DNA of 64,000 nucleotides from the NCBI RefSeq assembly GCF_001194135.2, contig NC_068995.1, positions 33,913,279 to 33,977,278 of the forward strand. Reading direction: 5' to 3'. The DNA is from Octopus bimaculoides (lineage: Eukaryota). Shown one piece after another: positions 38,146 to 51,614 of the stretch (position 1 is its first letter; each line of letters starts with the position of its first letter). Below the pieces are notes generated by a model. That model worked only from the letters and a program-made list of their open reading frames with translations, was not told where the DNA came from and did no database searches. A program made the translations under genes and the position numbers.

Positions 38146-39084
38146 CATGCCTAACTTCTCCCTCAATACACTAGCACTCTGTTGCATAAGGCAATACATT
38201 GCAAAACTCAGTTTATATTGAGAAATTAAAGTAACTTGACAATTCCTTTGCTGATAGATATGGTTGCTGAGGACCTGTGAATGCTCTACAGTGCTTTCTG
38301 GTTTTGAGACATCTTCAGTCTGGTGATGCTACTGGGGAATTTTTTCCCTAGAAGGACAGTCCTTTAAGACTAAGTGCTATTGAAGATGCCATAGAAACTC
38401 TAAGTGGTACTTTTGCCCACTGCATACTGGAAGATGCCATAGAAACTCTAAGTGATACTTTTGCCCACTGCATTCTGAGTTGCTAGGAATTGAGAGGTGT
38501 CAGTGATGAATGGAATAAACCAGTATCTTTGTGCAGTAATGAAGGAAACTATTTAAAACTTGGCAGTGATTCTAAATGGCTATAAAAATGGATAATTACT
38601 GTTTTTTCTTCCTCATGTGTTAGCCAAATATGTCTTGTTAGTGGAGAGGCTCTCCTGGATATTATGTATCATTTACTCAGACAAATGAAATATAGATGCA
38701 GTTAAAAGCTGGGAAAATATAACCACATTTGTGTCAATGGTTGAATATGTATTAATGCAACCTGCACTGATGAGGACAGAAGTCATGAATTACCTCTCAG
38801 TTTTGAATACTTTATGAAAATGGGAGAGGAGTTCACTGAACCACTTTGAACATAGTTGATCTAAAAGTAGGGTAAAAGAAAAAAATAAATAATTTACCTT
38901 TTTAATTTTTGATATTGTACTGTAGATTAGATGATTTGTTGTAAATTTATATTTAAAGGCCTTGTGCCTAATAAATTTGTTACTGATGTATTTTAGATCT
39001 TATGTTTTTTTTTACTGACCAAACTACTGGTCCAAGAGATGAGAGATGCATGCTTCAAAATTTTTGTTGCTAATATTATTGGTC

Positions 39085-39635
39085 GGTTTAAGGCAGTGAG
39101 CTGATAAAACGGTTAGCATACTGGACAAAATGTTCAGTGGCATTTCATTTGTATATTTTGAGTTCAAATTCCACTGAGGTTGACTTTCACCCTTTTGGAG
39201 CTGAACACTGGGGTTGATGTACTTGATTTACCTGCTACCCCAGAATTGCTGGCCTTGTGCCAAAATTTGAAACCAATATTAATGGTAGATTTCAAGTTGG
39301 AAAAGATCATTAGCATGCTGGGTGAAATGTTTAGTGGCATTTCGTCTGTCTTCACATTCTGAGTTCCAATTCTGCTGAGGTTGACTTTGCCTTTCATGCT
39401 TTTGAGGTCAATAAAATAAATACCAGTTGAGAACCAGGGTTGATGTAATTAATTACCCCATCCCCTGAAAGTATTGACCTTTTGACAAAATTTGAAGCCA
39501 ATATTAATTGGTGGATTTCCATCAAGGTTGACTTTGCCTTCCATCCCTTTAGGGTCGATAGTACTGGGGTTGATATGATTGACTTATCCTGTCTCCCAAA
39601 AGTTACTGGCCTTGTTCCAAAATTTGAAACCAATA
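39085..39635 (+). mobile_element. Three head-to-tail copies of a third SINE family (Deu/Nin-like core); other copies near 13030-13215(-), 24395-24665, 41150-41350(-), 43758-43955, 45465-45960(-), 57170-57345, 63061-63272(-)
   Basis: Shared ctgagttcaaattc...gactttgcctttcatcc...gataaaataagtaccagttga...ggccttgtgccaaaatttgaaacc. The core-domain name is from memory and unverified. Confidence 0.75.
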
Positions 39636-39900
39636 TTAATGGTGAATGAGGATTGGTGGGAGAGTATAATATTAAACTAAATGCGCAACTGTATTTGGTT
39701 TTAGTTCTGAGTTCAATTCACATTGAGAATTGATAAAATAAGTACCAGGAATATTTTGGTGTCCATGTGTACAAGAAAAAGAAATGATTGTCACAGGTAA
39801 TTAATAACCTTGATAGGACATGTCATCTGCAGGAATACCTGTGGTGTGTTAATACTTTCATAATACTATTTATAAAATGATGGATGGAATAAGATAATTA

Positions 39901-40702
39901 GTGTAAGTATCTTGAGAGAAAAGCTGAACATAAGAAGCATCAGTTGTAGTGTGCAAGAGAGACGATTGCACTGGTATGGACATGTGGTGAGAATGGATGA
40001 GGATAGCTGCGTGAAAAAGTGCCACACCCTAACAGTTGAGGGAACCCGTGGAAGAGGTAGGCCCAGGAAGACCTGGGCTGAGGTGGTGAGGCAAGACCTT
40101 CGAACATTGGGCCTCACCGAGGCGATGACTACTGACCGAGACCTTTGGAAATGTGCTGTGCGTGAGAAGACCCGACAAGCCAAGTGAGATCGTTGCCAGT
40201 GCCCCTGGACTGGCTCTTGTGCGGCTGGCNNNNNNNNNNNNNNNNNNNNNNNNNNNNNNNNNNNNNNNNNNNNNNNNNNNNNNNNNNNNNNNNNNNNNNN
40301 NNNNNNNNNNNNNNNNNNNNNNNNNNNNNNNNNNNNNNNNNNNNNNNNNNNNNNNNNNNNNNNNNNNNNNNNNNNNNNNNNNNNNNNNNNNNNNNNNNNN
40401 NNNNNNNNNNNNNNNNNNNNNNNNNNNNNNNNNNNNNNNNNNNNNNNNNNNNNNNNNNNNNNNNNNNNNNGAGCGTGGCCGTTGCCAGTACCACCTGACT
40501 GGCCTTCGTGCGGGTGACACATAAAAGCACCGACTACACTCTCTGAGTGGTTAGTGTTAGGAAGGGCATCCAGCTGTAGAAACTCTGCCAAATTAGATTG
40601 GAGCCTGGTGTTGCCATCCGGTTTCACCAGTTCTCAGTCAAATCGTCCAACCCATGCTAGCATGGAAAGCAGACGTTAAACGATGATGATGATGATGATG
40701 AT
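39901..40702 (+). mobile_element. Young RTE 3' fragment (RT C-terminus, 3'UTR with N gap, (GAT)n tail)
   Basis: ORF 39912-40187 reads QERRLHWYGHVVRMDEDSCVKKC...GRGRPRKTW. CpGs are retained and it ends gttaaacgatgatgat. Confidence 0.93.
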
Positions 40703-41671
40703 AACTGTCTGTGTGAGTTGATTTCTCTTTTACTTGTTTCAGTCATTTGACTGCGGCCATGCTGGAGCACCGCCTTTATGTGCCACCTGCATCAGTGCTT
40801 TAAACAACCAAATCAAACATTGGAGTTGATTAAGAGTGGGGAGTACAGACCTTTGTTGACATGTGCCATGATAGTGTGATCTGAAAGAAAACTACTAATC
40901 CAAGAGATGAGAAATGAGTGGAATTATAGGAGGGAAGATTTGATAGGAGATTTAATATGGTTGAAGGGTTTACTGGAGTCTAGAGAAGAGAAACTGGTTA
41001 GTTCTGTTCATCAGTGTACCAGGATTGTACTTTCTGATGATGAATTACAGTAATTGTAGGAGAAGCAATTGCAACAGTTCATTTCCTTTACACATAAAAA
41101 TAACAATAACAACAGATGTTGCTGCAAAAACAAAACAAAGCAAAAATAATGGTTTTAAATTTTGGCATGAAGTCAACAATTTAAGGGGAGGGGTTAAGTT
41201 TATTACATCGACACCTAGTGTTCAACTATATCAACCTCGAAAGGATGAAAAGCAAAGTTGGCCTTGGTGGAATTTGAACTCAGAATGTAAAAGACAGATG
41301 AAATGCTGCTAAGCATTTTGCCTGGCTAACACTTCTACCAGTTTGCTGCCCTAAAAATAAAACAATGATAATAATTGCTATTTGTGCTATAGAAACTGTA
41401 GTGTGCCTGACTTAATGCAGTTTCTATATTTCAATCTAGCATGAAATTTGTGCAGCATTTTGTCTCATTTGGGTTCATAAATAGAATATGCTAAAATTAA
41501 TTCAGTTGAATCTGTATAGTGCCCTTCTAAAACAATCTTGTATCTTGTCAAATAACATTAATGATGATTTTATTTCTTCATTTTGCTTCAGCAGATAAGA
41601 AACAAGAAAATAATTTAACTATCTTCATGTACTTTATGTATGTATGCATGTGTGTGTTCTTGTATAATTCT

Positions 41672-42477
41672 NNNNNNNNNNNNNNNNNNNNNNNNNNNNN
41701 NNNNNNNNNNNNNNNNNNNNNNNNNNNNNNNNNNNNNNNNNNNNNNNNNNNNNNNNNNNNNNNNNNNNNNNNNNNNNNNNNNNNNNNNNNNNNNNNNNNN
41801 NNNNNNNNNNNNNNNNNNNNNNNNNNNNNNNNNNNNNNNNNNNNNNNNNNNNNNNNNNNNNNNNNNNNNNNNNNNNNNNNNNNNNNNNNNNNNNNNNNNN
41901 NNNNNNNNNNNNNNNNNNNNNNNNNNNNNNNNNNNNNNNNNNNNNNNNNNNNNNNNNNNNNNNNNNNNNNNNNNNNNNNNNNNNNNNNNNNNNNNNNNNN
42001 NNNNNNNNNNNNNNNNNNNNNNNNNNNNNNNNNNNNNNNNNNNNNNNNNNNNNNNNNNNNNNNNNNNNNNNNNNNNNNNNNNNNNNNNNNNNNNNNNNNN
42101 NNNNNNNNNNNNNNNNNNNNNNNNNNNNNNNNNNNNNNNNNNNNNNNNNNNNNNNNNNNNNNNNNNNNNNNNNNNNNNNNNNNNNNNNNNNNNNNNNNNN
42201 NNNNNNNNNNNNNNNNNNNNNNNNNNNNNNNNNNNNNNNNNNNNNNNNNNNNNNNNNNNNNNNNNNNNNNNNNNNNNNNNNNNNNNNNNNNNNNNNNNNN
42301 NNNNNNNNNNNNNNNNNNNNNNNNNNNNNNNNNNNNNNNNNNNNNNNNNNNNNNNNNNNNNNNNNNNNNNNNNNNNNNNNNNNNNNNNNNNNNNNNNNNN
42401 NNNNNNNNNNNNNNNNNNNNNNNNNNNNNNNNNNNNNNNNNNNNNNNNNNNNNNNNNNNNNNNNNNNNNNNNNNNNN
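41672..42477. other. Largest assembly gap; other gaps at 29290, 40230-40470, 48525-48534, 54165-54418, 55827-55962 and 62746-62755
   Basis: Runs of N. Confidence 0.99.
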
Positions 42478-43136
42478 ATATATATATATATATAATGTAA
42501 AACAATAAATAGAAGTCATGTTTTAGTTTAAGTGTGGTTTGTAGGGATAACAGGAAGATTCATTTATCCTCCTATCATCTTCTTGAAGAGATATATTTTA
42601 GGTAGGGTCACAGCTTGCAACCTTGAGCTGTCATTAATTCTACTTTGATTGTTTGTTGTAGTTAGCAGTTGGTGCATATATCTGCATGTGTGTACAGTTA
42701 TCTGTGCGTGTGTGTGTGTGTGTGTGTGTACTGAGTTATTTGAAAAAAATCACTCAACTCTATTTAGCTGATGAATTATTATTTTTAATGAAGTATTAAC
42801 TTCCTTGGATTATAGGAAAGAAAAACTGTGTTGACATTGGGATCTGTTCACAGATTGCAGATGTGTTTTGACATGTCTGCTTGGATTGCATAAATAAATT
42901 TTGGGTTAAGCAGAAGATAATGAGTGTAACAATAATAATGATGATGAAGGGGATGACTCCAGTCACTTGAGAATCATTTTTTTTCATTTTCCATCATTCC
43001 TATCACCTTTATCACTGTTTTTACTTCCATCTTTCTATGTTGGCATGGGTTGGACTGTAGCTTTTCAGGCAGTGTTTTCTGTCAGGATACTCTCTGTGAT
43101 GCCAACTCTTTAACTCTTCTCTTATGACACATTGAG

Positions 43137-43171
<35 letters not shown>

Positions 43172-43964
43172 TTAATATCCATTTTCCATGCTGGCATGGG
43201 TTGGAAAATTTGACAGTAGCTGGGAAGCCAGTAGACTGCATTGGGTTTCACTGTCTGTTTTGGCATGGTTTTTATGGCTGGATGCTCTTCCTAATGCCAA
43301 CCATCTTACAGAATAGAGTGGACTGAGAGATATGTGTACTTGTTCTAAAATTGAGATATGCCTTATGAAAATATTTCTAAGTTTTATGACAATTTCACCT
43401 TCTTTAATGTTGGCAATGAACATACTCTGATTATCAACAATTTTACTGTGTTAGCTTGATTCTGGCAAAGCTTTAAAAATTTTATGGATATGTTATTTTT
43501 TTCTATTCACTATCAACTTTGTTTCCAGCCATTCACCATAACATTTCTAATTAAATACACTGCATGTGTTCCAATTATTTTACAAAACTGTCTCTAATTT
43601 ATAATGGTTTAGTAAAATAATTTTTTCCTTATTTGATTTCTTTGATGCACAAAGTAACAAACGTTTCTTTAAAGTTATGTTGGAAGGGTTTACTTTAAAT
43701 ATGAACACTTCTGAAGATAAAGATATATTCTAATTAAAATAGATTTAATATTTGTGTTAAGGCGGTGAGCTAGCAGAGTCATTAGCACGCTGGTTAAAAT
43801 GCTTAGCAGCATTTTGTCCACCTTTTTCTTCTGAGTTCACATGTTATTTGGGTTAACTTTGCCTTTCATCCTGTCAGGGTTGATAAAATAAGTACCAGTT
43901 GAACACTGGGGGTGAAGTTATCGACTTACCCACCCCCACTAAATTTCTGGCCTTGCTGCTACAA

Positions 43965-45215
43965 AGGCAAGCGTGATGCCTTAGACAGAAATAAATTACT
44001 GGACAGGGTGATGAAAGTCATAGAAATGGTCATTGTTCAATTAATTAGGAAGAGAGGGTAGATGAGGTGCAGTTTGGATTTGTGCCAGGTAGAAGTACAA
44101 CTGATGCTATATTTCTGGTTAGACAACAGCAGAAGTATTTAATTAAAAATAAACATCTGTACTTGGTTTTTGTTGACATGGAGAAAGCTTTTAACAAGGT
44201 CCCCTGCTCCCTTATCTAGTGGTCAATGCGGAAGCTAGGGATAGATGAGTGATTAGTGAGAGCTGTACAAATCATGTACAGGGATTCTGCCAGTAAGGTG
44301 AGGGTTGGCAACGAGTACAGTGAAGAATTCAGTGTACAGGTAGGAATTCACCAAGGTTCAGTTCTCAGCCTCTTTGCGTTTATCTTAGATGAATTCAAGA
44401 CCGGCTTCTCCTGGGAGCTCCTCTGCTGCTGATGAGCTGGTTCTTATAAATCACTACTGAATCACTACTTGACTTAGAGAAGAAATTTCAGGTGTGGGAG
44501 CAAGGTCTATAATCAAAGGGCTTTAGAGTTAATTTAGCAAAAACCAAAGTTTTAGTAAATAGGAAAACAGACAAATCACAAGACCCTTCAGGGAGATGGC
44601 CCTGCTTGATATGTAAGAAGAGTGCTGGTAGAAATTCCGTACATTGTACCCAGTGCAAGCTTTGGACACATAAGAGGTGTAGTGGTAACACAGGAAGGCT
44701 AATAGAGAAAATAGTCTTTGTGTGTGGCAAATTTGTGGGTACAATGAGCACTAAAAATGTGCAGACAATAGACTCCCTCAAATGTTTGTGGAGGATCATT
44801 ATAAGTAGTAGATAGATTTTGTTACCTAGGCGACTGAGTTAGCAGTGGAGGAGGAATTTCTGGAAGTGTAGTTGCTAAATGCTGGACCTCACTGAGGAAA
44901 TGACAAGGGACCAGGAGTTGTGGCAATTTGCTGTAGTTGAGAAGACGTGCCAAGCTAAGTAAAATCGCTGTCTTCCATACATACAGGCTTATCCTTTACA
45001 GGTGCTGATGCTACATAAACATGCTGGTGCTATGTGAACACACCTGTGCCAGTGGCACATAAAAACCACTCGGCACATTTTGTAGAGTGGTTGGCATTAG
45101 GAAAGGCATCCAGCCCTAGAAACCACACCAAAACAGACAATTGGAGTCTGGCCAGATCCATGTCAAGCTGTCCAACTCATGCCAGCATGAGAAATGGATG
45201 TTAAATGATAATGAT
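43965..45215 (+). mobile_element. Older, degraded copy of the same RTE family
   Basis: Remnants of QFGFVPGRST, DMEKAF, IHQGSVLS and WPCLICKKSAGRNSVHCTQCKLWTHKRC, followed by the family 3' end. Confidence 0.88.
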
Positions 45216-45987
45216 GTGTGTGTGTCTTTGTGTCTGTGCTTGTCTCTCATCACTGCTTGGCAACCAGTGTTAGTGTGTTTATGTTCCCATATTAGTGGTT
45301 TGGTAAAAGAGAATGATAGAATAAGTACTAGGCTTAAAAAAAAAAACAAAGAACAAATAAATATTGGGGTTGATTCATTCTAGTTAATATTCAAGGCAGT
45401 ATCCCACATGGCTGCAGTCTAATGACTGAAACAGTAAAAGAGAAAAGATACATATACATTATTTTATCAACCAAGAAAGGGTGAAAGGCAAAGTTGACAT
45501 CAGCAGGATTTAAACTTGGAACTTAAAGCATTTGAAGAAACACTGCAAAGCATTTTTTCCAATGTTCTTATAATTTTGCCAGCTTGCTGCATTTAAGAGA
45601 TACTACAAGACATTTTTCTGAGCTGTAACAATTCTACCAGGTGTTATAACTTCTATACTTGACTGGTACTTATTTTATCAACCCCAAAAGGATGAAAGGC
45701 AAAGTTGACCATGCTGGACTTTGAACTTAGAATGTGCTGAGTCAGAAGAAATGCCACTAAGCATTTTGCCCAATGTGCTATTGATTCTGCCAGCTTTTAT
45801 GATAATAATAATCCTTTCTGCTATAGGCACAAGGCCTGAAATTTAGTGGGAGGGGACTAGTCAGTTATATCGGCCCCCAGTGCTTTACTGGTACTTAATT
45901 TATCGATCCTGGGAGGATTAAAATCAAAGTCAACCTTAGTGGAATTTGAACTCAGAACATAGCAATGGGAAAAATACCACCACCACC

Positions 45988-46019
<32 letters not shown>

Positions 46020-47759
46020 AATAATAATAATAATAAAAGCCCCACAGCAGTTCAAGTGAGTATGACTTAATAGCATGCACTATTCTTTCCCTAATTGTTT
46101 TAGGTGTCTATGTAGTCATGAACAGTTGTTGACAACCTTTTGTCACTTCACCTTTGAACATTGAGGATGTGATACCTGGAATGAGAGAGTACTGTACCAG
46201 CACTTGGCTGGTATTCATTTCATTTGAGTGGACTCGAGCAATATGAAGTGAAGTGTCTTGCCAAGGACACACCTTGTCTCACAACACATGAATTGAACCC
46301 ACAATCTCAGATCTCTATATGCTTTCAAAGCTTCTCTAATAGTAATTCATCTGATAAAATATAGGCTAAAGTTATATGCAACTAATCCTGCTTAAAATAA
46401 CTCATTATTCTTAAATTGAAAGGAAATTTAGAAGACGTTAGCAGCAGTGGTGGTGGTGATGATAGCATGAAAAGCGATAGAGAGGATGAGAAGATGAAAG
46501 TCAGTGTGGGATGGTTGTAGTGGTGGTGGTATGAGAAGAGATAGAATGAAAGTCAGAGCAGGATTATAAAGTGGAATGGATGGTGGAAGGAAATGGTTCC
46601 TGTAATAATAAATTGTTTTGGATGTTGGTATTGCAGCTTAATGGCATGGATCAAATAATCAGCTGCAGACACATGCTCTGTGTGTGGCTTTTGGGTCTTA
46701 TCTGTATGTATGTGTGTATGTGTGCATACACGTGGATTCTCTCTCTCTAATCGATAGATTGCTGTTTCCTTTCATTCTGTGGCAACCAACACCATCATCC
46801 ACCCACTTCCATTTTCTCCTCATCTATACTTCATTCTTTTTCATTTTCTGTTAGCAAGTAGTAAATGATAAAAATCAATTTTTTTCTATTTTTATTTATT
46901 TCATTATATTTTTTTTTCACTCCTTGAACCCCCACTCCCTTCTTTCCTTACTTTGTCTTTTATTCTTTACTGCCCCCCACTGCTTCCCTCTCACATCACT
47001 TTCACTTTACTAAGTTTCAATCTTTCTTTTTACCCTCTGCTTCCTTACCATTTTAATATTAATCTTTCTCTTTTTTCTCACCCTCACCCCCACTTCATCA
47101 ACTGGATTCTTGCACAGTTATTCTCTCCTGTTTTCTAATTGATCAGTTTTCTATGTGATCCGTAGAAGACAGTGACGATGAAGATTATTATTATCATTAT
47201 TATAATAATGCTTTCAGTAGTAGGTGGGGGTGGTAGTGATGGCAATGTCTGTGGCTTGTTAATGGTAGATATCCTGTTCTAGATAGTTCCTTTTATTAGA
47301 TGTCTCACTTCACTGTCTACTAGTCTCCTACAGAACTACTTTTCTGGTTTTCCTTCAGCAATTATCCTGTTGTTTTTCAGATGTATTTTTGCTAACAACG
47401 TGAAATGATCTGAGGATATTAATTGTTTTTAGCTTTCTTGCTTTCTATTTTTTTATGATTCCAGTGCTGATATTTTTTGTTTGTGCTTGCAGAAGATAGA
47501 TAGTAAAATAGACAGCCCAACATATAGCAAGACAGATGAACTGATAGATAGTAAAATAAATAGATTGCAACTTAAACAAATAAGTAGTAAGATAGCCAGT
47601 AAGATAGACAAACCAATGCATAGTAAGATAGATTGGCCAACAGACAGTAAGAGAAATAGATAAGAAATTAGATACAATAAGAAAGATACTAAGGTAGACA
47701 GCTGTTAGTAAGTAAGGTAGACTGATATTCTCTAGAGACTCTGAAAGGAATAAAGTTAT

Positions 47760-49955
47760 ATTATCATCATTGTTGTTTAACATCCGCTTTCCATGCTGGC
47801 ATGGGTTGGACAGTTTGACTGAGGACTGGTGAACCAGAACGCTGCACCAGGCTCAATCTGATCTGGCAAAATTTCTACAGCTGGATGCACTTCCTAATGC
47901 CAACCACTCTGAGGGTGTAGTGTGTGTTTTATGTGCCACCGGCCTCGAGGGCCACTCAGGCAGTTCTGGCAACGACCACGCTCAAAAGGTGTTTTTTACA
48001 TGTTACCTGCACAGGAGCCAGTCTGGCGGCACTGGCAATGATCATGCTCGAATGTTGTTTCCCACGTGTCACCGGCACTTGTGCTGGTAAGGCGATGCTG
48101 GCAACAATCACACTTGAATGATGCTTTTTACGTGCCACCAGCACAGGAGCTAATCTGTGGCCCTGGCAATGATCACGCTTGGATGTGCTTTTAATGTTCC
48201 ACTGGCACAAGTGCCAATCAGGCGGTTCTGTCATCGGCCATGTCAGCGATTTTGATTTCACTTGCCTCAATAGGTCTTCACAAGCAAAGTTTATTGTCCA
48301 ATGAATGAGGGTTATTCATAAGTGGGCTGGTTACACCCACTGGCATAGGCCATGGTCTATGGTCTCACTTGGCTTGTCGGCTCTTCTTAAGCACAGCATA
48401 TTTCCAAAGGTCTCGGTCACTAGTCATTGCCTTGGTAAGGCCCAATGTTCGAAGGTTGTGCTTCACCACCTCATCCCAGGTCTTCCTGGGTCTACCTCTT
48501 CCACAGGTTCCCTCAACTGCTAGGNNNNNNNNNNCCCAGGTCTTCCTGGGTCTACCTCTTCCACAGGTTCCCTCAACTGCTAGGGTGTGACACTTTTTCA
48601 CACAGCTGTCCTCATTCATTCACAACACATGACCATACCAGCGTAGTCGTCTCTCTTGCACACCACATCTGATGCTACTTAAATCCAACCTTTCTCTCAG
48701 GACCTGTCGTGTATGCACACTGACATTACACATCCAGCGGAGCATACTGACTTCATTCCTTGCAAGCTTATGCATGTCCTCAGCAGTCACGGCCCATGTT
48801 TCACTGCCATGTAGCATGGCTGTTCGTACACATGCATCATACAGTCTACCTTTTACTCTGAGTGAGAGGCCCTTTGTCACCAGTAGAGGTAAGAGCTCTC
48901 TAAACTTTGCCCAAGCTATTCTTATTCTAGCAGCTACACTTTCAGCGCACCCACCTCCCCTGCTACTGACTTGGTCACCTAGATAGCAGAAGCTATCAAC
49001 TACTTGTAGTTTTTCTCCCTGGAATGTGACAGAAGCTGTTCTCTGCACATTTTCACCTGAGCATTTGCCACATACAAAAACTATCTTCCCAGTTAGCTTT
49101 CCTTTGATATTGCTGCACCTCTTATGTGTCCATAGCTTACACTGGGTACATCTTATGGACTTTCTACCTACGCCTTTTCTACAGATCGAGCAGGGCCATC
49201 TACCTGAAGGGATTTGTGGTTTGTCTGCCCTCCTACTTACTAGAACTTTGGTTTTAGCTAAGTTGACCCTAAGGCCCTTCAATTCTAGTCCCTGCTTCCA
49301 CACCTGAAACTTTTCCTCTAGTTCTGATAGTGACTCAGCTATTAGAGCAAAGTCATCAGCATAGAGGAACTCCCAGGGACATCCTGTCTTGAATTCTTCT
49401 GTGATAGCCTGGAGGACTATGATAAATAGGAGGAGGCTGAGGACTGATCCTTGGTGGAGCCCTACCCCTACCCGGAATTCTTTACTGTACTCGTTGCCAA
49501 CCCTCACCTTACTGACAGCTTCCCTGTACGTGGCTTGCACAGCTCTCACTAACCATTCATCTATCCTAGTTTCCTCATTGACCACCAGATAAGGGATCGG
49601 GAGACCCTGTCAAAGGCTTTCTCCATGTCAATGAAAGCCAGGTACAGAGGTTTATCTTTGGCTAGGTATTTCTCTTGCAGCTGTCTTACCAGAAATAAAG
49701 CATTAGTGGTGCTTTTCCCTGGCACAAACCCAAACTGCATCTCATCCAGACTGACTCTCTCCCTAATTAGTTGGACTATGACCCTCTCTGTGACTTTCAT
49801 TACCTGATCCAACAACTTGATGCCTCTGTAATTATTTGTATCTAAAGTGTCACCTTTACCTTTGTAGTAGTTGACAATGGTGCTGCTACACCAGTCATTG
49901 GGTGCGACTCCTTCATGTATCACATGGGTAACTATATGGGTAACTAGGCTATAAT
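47760..49955 (-). mobile_element. 5'-truncated RTE-clade LINE: RT with PHD-type insert, C-terminus, repeat-containing 3'UTR and (GAT)n-like tail
   Basis: ORFs 49561-50025 and 48620-49585 contain NYRGIKLL, QFGFVPGKST, DMEKAFDRV, LHQGSVLS, LYADD, FCYLG, LHGSETW, RRLRWYGHV and GRGRPRKTW. One frameshift. Confidence 0.95.
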
Positions 49956-50339
49956 CTTTGTTGGTATTTTGTTTTAAGTTTATATGAAGGGAGGGGGCAA
50001 TATCTTTGATCTCTTCATCCCCCACCCAATTGAAGAGTGAGAGATGGCAGAGTACTGGGTAGAATGGTCACTAATTTTTATCCTGTCACTAATACTAAAT
50101 ATATTCATGATTGACTAAGATACTTAACCTTTTAATCCATCTAGTTCAATTGTGAAAGTAGCAGAGATTGGTATGGCTTAGTGGGAAGCAGCAGATCACA
50201 GTATAAAGTTAACTCCACAACTATATGGTTTTTAGATTTGACTCTATTATATGGTAACTTAGACTACAGTCTTTTAATATAGCCTTGGGTTGTTCAGTAC
50301 TTTGTGAGTGAATGTGAGTAGACAGAAACAATGTAGAAG

Positions 50340-50342
50340 TCT

Positions 50343-50417
<75 letters not shown>

Positions 50418-50440
50418 ATATACACATACACACACATGTA
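50340..50440. repeat. (TG)n microsatellite
   Basis: Directly visible. Confidence 0.95.
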
Positions 50441-51487
50441 TGTGCAGTAAATCTTCAATTTAACAGAGAAATATGGATGAAGGTGCATCCATTAGTACTG
50501 AAAGTCCATCAACCCTTTAGAATTTAAACCAGCCATATCTAGCCTAAAATGGTCTATCTGTTTTATGTTCAAACTGGCAAGATCTGGCTTCTCACCCCTA
50601 TCTGACAATGTCAATAAAAAAAGCAATTACATCATTAAAATCTTAACTCTACAACATAATGCTTGATTAATTAACAAACAATGTGAATGAATATGTATTG
50701 CATTTGATTGAGTAATCTGAATGCTAAAGGTTTAAGTCAAAAGTCATCTGGGCACTTTTTTCTTATTGTTTTTAAAGTGAAAAGGCTTAATACGATATAC
50801 ACCAGTGCATAATATAAAATAATCAAATTATAATAGATAATATACATACAAAGCCTATTAAGAAAAAATTTTTCCTCTGAGACAAACTCCTCCAGTAAAT
50901 GCCATTCATGTTTTGGTGTGTAGAAACATGATAAAATTATGCTTACACATCATTATTTTGCTCCTAACTACTTTGTCTGTTGATACTGAATTCATGTTTG
51001 GCAAACCTCAGCACACACCAGTAAATATTTTGCTGGTTGATTCCTATATCAGAGCATGAGTTTGTGTCTCACTCCAAATGACCAAGGCAGTGTCTATCAC
51101 CGACGAGGTGAAATATAGGTGAAACATTGTCTGATAGTCTAGTGATGTTATTTGAAACTTGGTGTGTTTTACACACAAAGTTTATATGAAGAAATTTATT
51201 CTCTGAGACAGAATCCTGCACTGAATGACCTTCATATTTAAGTGTTTAGGATTATGTTTTAAATAAATGAATACATCTTTATAAAGAATATATAATTCTT
51301 CATTTTGATAGTATAATTGGAGAATATTTTAGTATGATCATAGTAGTAATACAGCTTGCTAAAACCAAACTTCATCCATTAAACTGAAGATTTACTCTGT
51401 GTGCGTGTGTCAGCAGAAAAGTTACACATGAGTAAAAAATTGCTTATAACTTGGTGCATCAAACAAAAATAACTTGTATTTATTCTA

Positions 51488-51614
51488 CAGGGTGTCCACA
51501 AAGTCTGAGTACATGGAGTAAATAAAATCATAGCATAAACAATTAAATATAAGAAATAATAATTTCTTAAAGTATGTGTTAATCCCCATGTACCCAGACT
51601 TTGTGGACCCCCTG
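51488..51614. mobile_element. 127-bp Tc1/mariner-type MITE
   Basis: 29-bp TIRs CAGGG(T/G)GTCCACAAAGTCTG(A/G)GTACATGG with two mismatches, TA on both sides, AT-rich core. Confidence 0.88.

Noticed and set aside
41561-42519. Long ORFs of about 290-315 aa in the ORF track (also at 40029-40530, 54014-54536, 55611-56035)
   Set aside because: They consist mostly of X residues read across N gaps.
47900-48250. Palindrome-containing repeat array superficially like CRISPR
   Set aside because: Eukaryotic context, degenerate units without unique spacers, no cas genes, and it is part of a LINE 3'UTR.
48475-48584. Identical 50-bp direct repeat either side of a 10-N gap in the RTE ORF
   Set aside because: Typical unmerged contig overlap; removing one copy restores the reading frame.
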